A DNA stretch of 64,000 nucleotides from an uncultured Acidobacteriota bacterium (GTDB taxonomy: Bacteria > Acidobacteriota > Vicinamibacteria > Vicinamibacterales > 2-12-FULL-66-21), in assembly GCA_963817635.1 (NCBI GenBank), contig CAWFPR010000020.1, positions 54,866 through 118,865 on the forward strand, given 5' to 3'. The notes under the pieces were generated by a model that was not told the DNA's origin, ran no database searches, and was given only the letters and a program-made list of their open reading frames with translations. The translations under genes and the position numbers were made by a program. Every line of letters starts with the position of its first letter. The stretch's first letter is position 1. This document shows, in pieces, positions 11,565 through 19,884 of the stretch.

Positions 11565-12917
11565 ATGAGCTCAGAGCCAGCCGGACAGCCGAGCCCGCGC
11601 GCCATTCCGGCGGCGGATCCGGCAGGCCGATCCCGGGTCCCGGCCGGAGAAGACTTGCCGCACCCTGGTGCAGCGGGCTCGGGTAGACCGCGGAGCATCG
11701 GTCTGGACCAGGAGGACCGCAAGCTGCTGGCCTGCGTCGACCGGACGCGGCGCGTCAGCCTGCAAGTGCGGGATTGGTGGCGCCAGCGGGAAGCTGACAT
11801 CGATTCCACGGAGCGCATCGACCTCGTGCGGGCGTTCAGCCCGGACGAGCGTGCGTTCTGCTTCTTCGACGAGGCAACGGTCGAGAACCAGCGCCTCCGT
11901 CTGATGGGCGTCGTGCAGGAGGCGTTCTACGACCGGCCCAAGAAGGCCAGCCCCGAGGACATCCGAGATCAGCTGCGCGAATTCATCCTCGGATTCTTCA
12001 TGCGGGTCAGCCACGGCCAGCGGCCGGAACCCGCCGTAGCCTCGGACCACGGGGCGCTCCCGCTGTTCATCAGGCCGCTCAGCTGGCTGCCGGACAGCTC
12101 GGACACACGCATCGGGTTCGGTTACGAGCAACTGCTGTGCAGGAAGCGCGAGACGGGCGAAGTGGAAAAGTTCCACCCGGACGAGCGGGGAGCTATTGTG
12201 GACCTGCGATCGATCGGCCCGGTCTACGACTGGGTCGCGATGCGGGTCAACATCTTCGACTTCAAGATCGCCTTTTCGCCCTTCGGCCCGGAGGTGCTGA
12301 AGATGGAGCTTCCGTTCAGGGAGGTCACCTATCTGCTGGTGACGCCCGAACTGATCATCAACCGCGAGAATCCGTCTCCCGACGTGCTCGGCGAATACGG
12401 ATTCGGATACGGATTGCTTCCGTACGCTCCGGGCCCCGACATCTTCGCCTACGGGCCCGGCCATTTCGCTGCCGGGTTCCAGTCGTTCGCCTTTCAGGTG
12501 TTGCGGACCGGCGAGATTCGCGCCAAGGCGGTGTTTGTCGTCAACCGTCCGGACAAGATCCTCAGCGTGGACCTGGATCCTGTCGGGTGGGGCCTCAAGG
12601 GAGCGGACCTGATGACATTCAACGTGGCGTCGAAGGCCCTGGCCCCCTTGAAGGCCGTCGCGGACCGGTTGCCGCTGCGCGTGCGAGGTGTGGACCCGTT
12701 TTCGCTGTACATCTCGACCGCCAACCTGTTGACAGGCGGACTCGCAAGTCGTCGACTCGGTATTTCCAAGGAGCAGTTGGAGAAGCACATGGCGGTCCGG
12801 CACTTCATCCAGCACCGTCAGATGCTGCTCGACTCGCAGCTGGTCTGGCGAATGGTGCCCGACTGGACCGATACCGTCGCGCTGCCCGAGGTTTGCCACC
12901 GGGGACTCAGCGGCTGA
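11565..12917 (+). CDS. hypothetical protein (450 aa), no domain recognised
   Basis: Long single-frame ORF with non-repetitive, globular-looking composition (e.g. GFGYGLLPYAPGPDIFAYGPGHFAAGFQSFAFQV). ATG at 11565. No clear Shine-Dalgarno. Confidence 0.6.
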   Translation: MSSEPAGQPSPRAIPAADPAGRSRVPAGEDLPHPGAAGSGRPRSIGLDQEDRKLLACVDRTRRVSLQVRDWWRQREADIDSTERIDLVRAFSPDERAFCFFDEATVENQRLRLMGVVQEAFYDRPKKASPEDIRDQLREFILGFFMRVSHGQRPEPAVASDHGALPLFIRPLSWLPDSSDTRIGFGYEQLLCRKRETGEVEKFHPDERGAIVDLRSIGPVYDWVAMRVNIFDFKIAFSPFGPEVLKMELPFREVTYLLVTPELIINRENPSPDVLGEYGFGYGLLPYAPGPDIFAYGPGHFAAGFQSFAFQVLRTGEIRAKAVFVVNRPDKILSVDLDPVGWGLKGADLMTFNVASKALAPLKAVADRLPLRVRGVDPFSLYISTANLLTGGLASRRLGISKEQLEKHMAVRHFIQHRQMLLDSQLVWRMVPDWTDTVALPEVCHRGLSG

Positions 12918-12980
12918 GGGAGATGTCGGGCCCGCCAGCCGGGGGACCCGACACGAGAGAGCGAGGCCGCCGGCCGGCCG

Positions 12981-14033
12981 TCAGGCCAGCAACTGGTCGA
13001 GCGGCCGGTAGCAGCAGATCTGGTCGAGACGGTGTTCGGCTTTGAGTTTCGCGTGCAGGGTGTCGAGCGCGAGCCGCGCCGGACCGGCCACGGTGCTTTC
13101 CCACGCGTCGGCCACGTCCGGAGCCGGCACGTGGCGGACGAGGTTCAGCGCGTGCGCCTCGTTGGGTGACGTGTCCTGCCGCATGACCATCGCGCAGGCC
13201 ACGCCTTGCGCGAAGGCCGTCCTGTCGCCCGAATAGAGCGGCGCGATCCGCTCCCTGACGATCGCCTCCAGAATCAAGGGCGTCTTCATGTTGACGATCG
13301 CCATGCCGGTCGCGAGGCCCGCAAGGAGGTTGAAGCGGCTCATCCCGCTGACCACCAGCCGATCGATCAGAGGGAACGCGGGCCACGGCTCGTTCCATCT
13401 GGGCATGAAGTCGATGAAGTAGCAGGCACGCCCGGCTCCGTGCCAGAGAAACGGCGCGTGCTCCGGGTCGATCTCCAGCATCGTCTGGGTGAGCGTCTCG
13501 AAGAACGGACGATAGAAGAACTGCGTCACCATACCCCAGGCCTCATACCCGATGCCCGAGTAGCCGGGCAGCAGGTTCAGCCTGGCCAGTTCGGCGATGC
13601 GGCAGGTGGCTTCCCGGACTCGCGCGGGCGTGGGATGCTTGCCGATCTTGTCGAAGTGGTGCCGCGCAATCGCGAGACAGAGGCCGGCGTGCACCATCAG
13701 CTGCATGTTCTCCGGCACCTGGGCGCCTTCCCCTTGGGTGAGGAGGTCGCGCGCGTTGTCGTCACGCGCCATCGCGCGGTTGCCGAGCACCTGTCCCAGT
13801 CCCTCGACCAGCCACAGCGCGCGGAACGGTTCGAGCCCCTGGATCTTCGCGATCAACTCGGAAACGCTGGCGTCCTTGCCGAGGAAAAGGTGGGTGAACT
13901 CCACCGTCTCGATGGTGCTGATCTTGTTGTCGCTCTCGATGGCGCCGATGCCAGAGCAGCCGGCGGGCGCGCAGAACACCCTGGCGATTGGCGGAATGAC
14001 ATAGTGGGCGATCTTGAAGGCGAGAGGGTTCAT
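12981..14033 (-). CDS. hypothetical protein (350 aa), alpha-repeat-like with recurrent G-x-G motifs
   Basis: ATG preceded by GAGGA. Recurrent motifs EGLG, HAGLCLA, GIGYEAWG, HGAGRACYF and AGLATGMA faintly recall the DUF1702 pattern. That comparison is from memory only and is unverified. Confidence 0.6.
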   Translation of the reverse strand: MNPLAFKIAHYVIPPIARVFCAPAGCSGIGAIESDNKISTIETVEFTHLFLGKDASVSELIAKIQGLEPFRALWLVEGLGQVLGNRAMARDDNARDLLTQGEGAQVPENMQLMVHAGLCLAIARHHFDKIGKHPTPARVREATCRIAELARLNLLPGYSGIGYEAWGMVTQFFYRPFFETLTQTMLEIDPEHAPFLWHGAGRACYFIDFMPRWNEPWPAFPLIDRLVVSGMSRFNLLAGLATGMAIVNMKTPLILEAIVRERIAPLYSGDRTAFAQGVACAMVMRQDTSPNEAHALNLVRHVPAPDVADAWESTVAGPARLALDTLHAKLKAEHRLDQICCYRPLDQLLA

Positions 14034-14229
14034 GCGTCCTCATCACGTGGGCTTCGAAGGATGGATTATAGGGGTTCCGCGAAAATCAACTATGGTATGT
14101 TTCGGCCGAGAACCCACCCCGCATGGCTCTTCGCCCTTTGATCAGACCCCTCGTGGCGCTCGTCGTCCTGTCATGCATGCAGGTTGTGCCGGTCCGTTCG
14201 ACTGGGAGCGCAAGGCCGGCGGGCTGGAC

Positions 14230-14547
14230 GTGAAGCGGCTCGCGATCGATCAGACGGAAACGTCGGTACAGGAACTCGAGGCGGCCATCACGGCCGACCT
14301 CAACGCGAAGTTCCGTGCGCTGCGCGAGGCCCGGTCGCTGCTCACGGTCACCGAACTTGGTGAGCGCGCAGCGCAGGAACGTCTCCGCGTGATGGTCGAC
14401 CGGCACGCCGAGGGCACGGTGCTGACCAGGGACCTGCTGCAAGCGCAGGTCGCGCTGGCGGACGCCGACCAGAAGCACCAGGCCGCGTTGCTGGCGTGCT
14501 GGGAAGCGCGGGCCGATTTCGAAAAAGCGGCGGCGGAGGATTCATGA
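14230..14547 (+). pseudogene. C-terminal fragment of a TolC-like outer-membrane efflux protein
   Basis: AITADLNAKFRALREARSLL...LLQAQVALADADQKHQAALLACWEARADFEKA is the last coiled-coil repeat of OEP/TolC proteins. The roughly 350 aa expected upstream are absent because an opposite-strand gene occupies that space. Confidence 0.5.
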
Positions 14548-14666
14548 CCATCATCGGTCGAAGTGTTTTCGCCAGCACGCCGGAGGTCTACGAGAAGCCG
14601 CTGACACCTGTCACGGTGGGCCGGGTCGAGGCCTGCGAAACCGGCACGTCTGTTCGATTGTTCTGA
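14544..14666 (+). other. 40-aa ORF, ATGA-coupled to the TolC fragment (probable 5' stub of the ancestral adaptor gene)
   Basis: GGAGGA Shine-Dalgarno and an ATGA overlap at 14544-14547. Translation: MTIIGRSVFASTPEVYEKPLTPVTVGRVEACETGTSVRLF. It is too short to assign. Confidence 0.3.
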
Positions 14667-14685
14667 GGCTCCGGCGCCGAACCGC

Positions 14686-16215
14686 ATGTCCAACGCTGCG
14701 TCCCGCTCCGCGCTGCGCACTGCCGGCCTCGTGCTGCTGGCCCCAGTCGTCATCGTCGTGAACGCCGCCTTCGCGGCGGCTCACATCCTGATTGGCGTCG
14801 CCGCATGGGGACTCGGTGCGGCAGCGGCGCTGCTGCGGGGGATGGGTGTCAGCCCCGCGGCCGCCGCCGTGGACTGGATGCGCCGTGTGGGCGCCCGCGC
14901 CCGCGACGACCGGTCGGTGGCGGCGACATTGATGGCGTCGGCGTGGGCGGCAACCGGCAGACGGGGCAGGGTCCCGCCGCGCCAGCTGCTCTCGAGCACC
15001 GTCCTGGGCGGCACGGCGCGGCTGCTGTGCTGGCCGGTGTTCACCGCGATGGCCCTTGGCTCCGCATCGATCTCCACCCAGCCGACCGAGCGCTGGGCCA
15101 TCGCGCTGGGCCGCCTGGCCTCACGCGTGGTCCAGCGCCTCTCTCGACCGGGCGTGCTCCCGGGTGCCGTGGCGGACCTGGCCGTGGCCCGCACGCACTT
15201 CGGCTTCTTCGTGATGGTTGCGTCCGCGTCCCCCGCCGTCATGGACAACAACCAGGGCATTCTCGGGGGCTGCCTCGCGCTGCTGCTGGGCGATCCCGAC
15301 TGGCTCGCCGAGGGGATGCGCCGGATGCGGGGCTACGCGGACTACGTCCACGAGAAGGAGCGCAACGGGGAGCTGGGACCGCGCTCCCGCATGCCGTTCG
15401 GCCGCTTGATGGTACGGACCACCGGCGACATACTCCAGAACTACCCGGCGGAGGTCGTCGAGGTGATCCGGACGCGCGGCTTCGCGGAGGGCGCACGGGC
15501 GTACTGGCGCGACCGTGCGCGCGTGCACCGGTATCTCGCGCTCTTTCTTCCGTTCACCTGGCACATGATGCAGGACGTGAGGCGGTTCTTCACGCTCGGC
15601 CTGCTCGAAGCGCCCGACGCGCAGCGGCTGACACTGTGCGAGCTGGCCGTGATGGCGAGCGCGCTCCCGGACGACCAGAAGGACGCCGCTCTGCTCGACG
15701 TCCAGGCGACGGCGCCCCCCTCGATCGTCGAGTTCGAGCACTACGTGGGGCTCGTGCTGCCGTGGGACGGCACCCTCGCCGACAAGGCGATCCGCCGCTC
15801 GGCGTCTGGCGCGCTGCTCGACACCCACACGGTCGTGCCGTCTATCCTCGACCGGCACGCGGTGCACGTCGCACAGTCGACCAACGCCGAGGCCTACGCC
15901 TTGCGCACGTTCCTGTGGCTCTACCGGGACGAGAGCCGCGCCCGCGAGGTGGGCGAGCGGGAAACCGCGAGAAAGTTCGGGCCCGAGGTGGCGGCGCGCA
16001 TCGGCGCGTGCCCCCTCTACCCGCTGGAGCCCTGGGAAGTGGACGCGCTCACGGCCGGCGGCCCGCGGCCTCAGGCGGAGGTCGACGCGATCCTGCTGGA
16101 CGCGCTCCGCAGCCGCGGCCTCGGGACCGTCGCCGATCGCATCGAGGCGGTGGGGACCTGGTCCGCGCGAGGAGATCAGGCTCATGTGCTTACAGAAACT
16201 GAGCGGAGCATATGA
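14686..16215 (+). CDS. hypothetical membrane protein (509 aa), no domain recognised
   Basis: Single-frame ORF. The N-terminal third has several hydrophobic helices (LVLLAPVVIVVNAAFAAAHILIGVAAWGLGAAAALL; LLCWPVFTAMALG; FGFFVMVASA). The C-terminal 300 aa looks soluble. Confidence 0.6.
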   Translation: MSNAASRSALRTAGLVLLAPVVIVVNAAFAAAHILIGVAAWGLGAAAALLRGMGVSPAAAAVDWMRRVGARARDDRSVAATLMASAWAATGRRGRVPPRQLLSSTVLGGTARLLCWPVFTAMALGSASISTQPTERWAIALGRLASRVVQRLSRPGVLPGAVADLAVARTHFGFFVMVASASPAVMDNNQGILGGCLALLLGDPDWLAEGMRRMRGYADYVHEKERNGELGPRSRMPFGRLMVRTTGDILQNYPAEVVEVIRTRGFAEGARAYWRDRARVHRYLALFLPFTWHMMQDVRRFFTLGLLEAPDAQRLTLCELAVMASALPDDQKDAALLDVQATAPPSIVEFEHYVGLVLPWDGTLADKAIRRSASGALLDTHTVVPSILDRHAVHVAQSTNAEAYALRTFLWLYRDESRAREVGERETARKFGPEVAARIGACPLYPLEPWEVDALTAGGPRPQAEVDAILLDALRSRGLGTVADRIEAVGTWSARGDQAHVLTETERSI

Positions 16216-16324
16216 CCGGAGCATATTGGTAGAAGGGCCACGTCTTCGACAGAGCCTACTCGTCGCTCTCGTGGCCGGCGTTCGGTCCGCCTTTCGGTCG
16301 CGTCTTGAGCTCGAGGCTGAGACA

Positions 16325-17314
16325 CTAGGTGCCGTGGACCACGCGGATTTGGATTGAGCCGCTGCGGCTCTCCAGGCGCACGAGCGGCCCCCCGCTCCCG
16401 ATGGTGCCCGTGAGCCGTCCCTTTGACGCGGACCCGTTCACGACCCCGTCGTCCGACTTGACTGAGCCCGAGCGGCTGACGGCCTCCAGGTTGAGTCCCG
16501 CGTTCGGGTCGAACGTCGCCTCGATGCTGCCCAATCCGGCCGTGACGCGCCATGGCGCGCCCGGTGCGCCGCTGACGAGCACCCGCCCGCTGTTGCTTGC
16601 GGCGGTGAGCCCGCCGGACAGGCCTCGCAGCGTGATGCCGCTCGATGAGGTCTCGACGTCGACGTCACCACCTGCGCCGACGAACGTCGCGTCGACGGCG
16701 CCGCTCCCGGTGCGCGCATGAAGACCGGCGCCGAGGCCGCGGGCCGAGATGCCGCTGCTGCTGGTCGTCACCGTGAGCAACCCACCCACGCCGTCCGCGG
16801 TCACGTCGCCCGACCCCGTCGTCACCGTCGCGGTGCCGCCGAGCTTCGAGATTTCGATGGCGCCGGATTGCGTCCGCACGGACACCTCGGCAACGAGACC
16901 GCTCAGGCTCGTGGCACCGGACGCGCTGACGGCGAGCACCTGCGTGTCGGGCGGCACCCGCACGTCGTAGCTGACCGTGACCGCGCTCCGGTCGGTCGAA
17001 TCGGACGGCGCGCGCAGCTGAATCGTGTTGCCGTTCCGCTCGATCGGCGGCTGGTCCGCGACCTTGCGCGCCAGCTCCGCCGCGTTGGCGGGCACGTCCC
17101 ACCCGGCGCGGACCGTGGCGTCGCCGGTCACAATCACTCTGCCGGGTTCACCCGCAGATACGGTGATCTTGCCGCGGATCGTGGAGACGTCCAGGACCGT
17201 GACGCCGCTCACGTCGAATGCCCGCTCAAAGGGCACCCGTTGCGCACTGGCCGGCGCTGCCGATCCGACGACGCCCGCGAGAACAAACCCGACTGCCGTG
17301 CGCCACATATTCAT
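16325..17314 (-). CDS. secreted DUF4097-like beta-helix (putative adhesin) protein
   Basis: Start at MNMW with a signal peptide (AGVVGSAAPASAQ). Repetitive G-x-I/V-x-V strands follow (TGSGDVTADGVGG, SSSGISARGLGAG, TSSSGITLRGLSGG, SRSGSIQI). Confidence 0.7.
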   Translation of the reverse strand: MNMWRTAVGFVLAGVVGSAAPASAQRVPFERAFDVSGVTVLDVSTIRGKITVSAGEPGRVIVTGDATVRAGWDVPANAAELARKVADQPPIERNGNTIQLRAPSDSTDRSAVTVSYDVRVPPDTQVLAVSASGATSLSGLVAEVSVRTQSGAIEISKLGGTATVTTGSGDVTADGVGGLLTVTTSSSGISARGLGAGLHARTGSGAVDATFVGAGGDVDVETSSSGITLRGLSGGLTAASNSGRVLVSGAPGAPWRVTAGLGSIEATFDPNAGLNLEAVSRSGSVKSDDGVVNGSASKGRLTGTIGSGGPLVRLESRSGSIQIRVVHGT

Positions 17315-17577
17315 GTCTCTTCCTCGTCCGCAGACTGCCACAGTTCGCGATCTGGCGCCGTGCCCTATTGAACACGTGCCAGCGGACCCGCAACCCTGCT
17401 GAGGGGCCGACATGTCGGCCGTGGGGGTCTATGGGGTCCTCGAGGCTGTCGTCCCGTCCGAGCATCGCGCGAGTGTGGGGTGGAAACAATCTCCTGCCGT
17501 GAGAGAGTTGCATTATCCGCGCGCTTTGCATAACCATGTGCCCGGACTCCGGACTTCCTTTCGAGGGGACACACAGC

Positions 17578-19869
17578 ATGAATCGCACGATTGTTGCCGC
17601 TCTTGGTCTCGCCGCGCTCGCGACGAGCACGGTCGCCACGCAGAACCAGCGGGTGCTGACGACCGCCGACTACGACCGCGCGGTCAAGATGCTCGCGCCC
17701 AGCCTGAACGGCCTGGTCGTCGGCGACAGCGTGAACGCGACCTGGCTGCCGGACGGGCGCTTCTGGTACGTCCGCACCACGCTGACCGGCAACGAAAACG
17801 TCGTGATCGATCCGTTGAAGAAGACGCGGGAGGTCGTGCAGACGCCGCCGGTGGGCGGCGTGGCCTCGCCGGGCGCCGGCGGTCGCGGCGGCCGCGGGGG
17901 CGGCCAGGGCGGTCGCGGTGGCGGAGGACGGGCGGGCGTGACCCTGTCGCGGACCTGCGGCCCGAACGCCACCGGCATGACCGGCCCGCCTCCTCCGTCG
18001 ATGTCTCCCGACGGCCGCAAGGCGATCTTCATCTGCGACTGGAACCTGTGGGTGAAGGACGTCGCCACCGGGCAGGAACGGCAACTGACGACCGACGGCG
18101 TGAAGGATTTCGGCTACGCGACAAGCAACGCCGGATGGGCGACCAGCGCGGCGCCGGCGCTGTCCTGGTCGCCGGATGGCAGGAAGGTCGCCACGCAGCA
18201 GCAGGACGAGCGGAAGGTCGGCGACATGTATCTGGTCGAGACGCCGGTCAACGGCGGGCATCCCGTCCTCCGCGCCTGGAAGTATCCGCTGCCCGGCGAT
18301 CCCGACGTCGCGATGATCAGCCGAGTCGTGATCGACGTCGACACCGGCAGGATGAAGCGGCTGCTGATGAAGCCCGACTTCCATCGCGGGATGTCGGAAG
18401 ACAACATCGACATGAGCGAGTATCTGTGGAGCCCGGACGGCTCGAAGCTCGGGTTCGTCTCGACCGATCGCTTCCACAAGAACTCCATCGCCAAGGTCGC
18501 CGACGTGTCGTCGGGCGAGATCCGGACGCTCCTCACGGAAACGGAAGCGACGCACGTCCAGACGCGCGTTCAGTGGCAAATCCTCTGGAACACGAAGGAA
18601 GTCGTCTGGTACTCGCAGCGCGACGGCACCGCGAACATGTACCTGTACGACCTCGACAGCGGCAACCTGAAGAACCAGATCACCACGGGCGCGGGCCCGG
18701 TGACGCGCGTCGTCCGCATCGACCCGGACACGCGGACGATGTGGTACGAGGCTGACGGCCGGGAGAAGGGCCAGGATCCGTACTTCACGCACCTCTACCG
18801 GGTCGGGCTCGACGGGAAGCACGACGTGTCGCTCACGCCCGACAACGGGACGCATGCCGTCCAGATCTCTCCCGACGGGAAGTACGTGATCGACACCTTC
18901 TCGCAGCCCGACGTCGCGCCCGAGACGGTGCTGCGCGACGGCCGGACGGGGGCGCTGATCATGCCGCTCGAGAAGGCCGACATCTCGAAGCTGCTCGCCA
19001 CCGGCTGGAAGCCGCCGATGCCGATCACGATGACGGCGGCCGACGGCAAGACCGACATCCACGGGCTGCTCTTCCGGCCGACCAATTTCGATCCGGCGAA
19101 GAAATATCCGATCATCAACCAGGCCTATCCCGGACCGCAGTCGGGCAGCGTCGGATCGCGCGCGTTCGCGGCCGCGCGCGGCGACCGGCAGGCGCTCGCC
19201 GAGCTCGGCTTCGTCGTCGTCAGCATCGACGGCACCGGCACACCGAACCGGTCGAAGGCCTACACCGATGCGTATTACGGCGCGATGGGGCGCCACAACA
19301 CGATCCCCGATCAGATCGCCGGCATGAAGGAGCTGGCGAGGACATATCCGTGGATCGACATCGACAAGGCGGCGATGTGGGGCCATTCGGGCGGCGGTTT
19401 CATTACCGCTGATGCGTTACTGCGCGCGCCGTACAACGACTTCTTCAAGGTCGGCATCGCCGAGTCCGGCAACCACGACCAGCGCCAGTACCAGGACGAC
19501 TGGGGCGAGCGCTATCAGGGACCGCTGGTGAAGAATCCCGACGGCACCGACAATTACACGATCGAGGCCACGCAGACCCAGGCCGCCGGCCTGAAGGGCC
19601 ATCTGTTGCTCATACACGGCACGATGGACAACAACGTGCCGCCGTACAACACGCTGCTCGTCGCCGACGCCCTGATCAAGGCGAACAAGGAGTTCGACAT
19701 GCTGCTCATCCCGAACTCGGGGCACGGGTATGCGCCGGCGAACTACGTCATGCGGCGGCGCTGGGATTACTTCGTCAAGTACCTGCTCGACGCCGTTCCG
19801 CCGAGGGATTACGTGATTCCGGCGCCGGCGGGCGGGCGTGGCGGCCGCGGCGGCGGACCGTCCAACTGA
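17578..19869 (+). CDS. dipeptidyl-peptidase IV family serine peptidase (S9B)
   Basis: Signal peptide, DPP-IV beta-propeller region, and the catalytic triad context WGHSGGGF, HGTMDNNV, NSGHGY. Confidence 0.9.
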   Translation: MNRTIVAALGLAALATSTVATQNQRVLTTADYDRAVKMLAPSLNGLVVGDSVNATWLPDGRFWYVRTTLTGNENVVIDPLKKTREVVQTPPVGGVASPGAGGRGGRGGGQGGRGGGGRAGVTLSRTCGPNATGMTGPPPPSMSPDGRKAIFICDWNLWVKDVATGQERQLTTDGVKDFGYATSNAGWATSAAPALSWSPDGRKVATQQQDERKVGDMYLVETPVNGGHPVLRAWKYPLPGDPDVAMISRVVIDVDTGRMKRLLMKPDFHRGMSEDNIDMSEYLWSPDGSKLGFVSTDRFHKNSIAKVADVSSGEIRTLLTETEATHVQTRVQWQILWNTKEVVWYSQRDGTANMYLYDLDSGNLKNQITTGAGPVTRVVRIDPDTRTMWYEADGREKGQDPYFTHLYRVGLDGKHDVSLTPDNGTHAVQISPDGKYVIDTFSQPDVAPETVLRDGRTGALIMPLEKADISKLLATGWKPPMPITMTAADGKTDIHGLLFRPTNFDPAKKYPIINQAYPGPQSGSVGSRAFAAARGDRQALAELGFVVVSIDGTGTPNRSKAYTDAYYGAMGRHNTIPDQIAGMKELARTYPWIDIDKAAMWGHSGGGFITADALLRAPYNDFFKVGIAESGNHDQRQYQDDWGERYQGPLVKNPDGTDNYTIEATQTQAAGLKGHLLLIHGTMDNNVPPYNTLLVADALIKANKEFDMLLIPNSGHGYAPANYVMRRRWDYFVKYLLDAVPPRDYVIPAPAGGRGGRGGGPSN

Positions 19870-19884
19870 GGTCGTCAGAATCTG

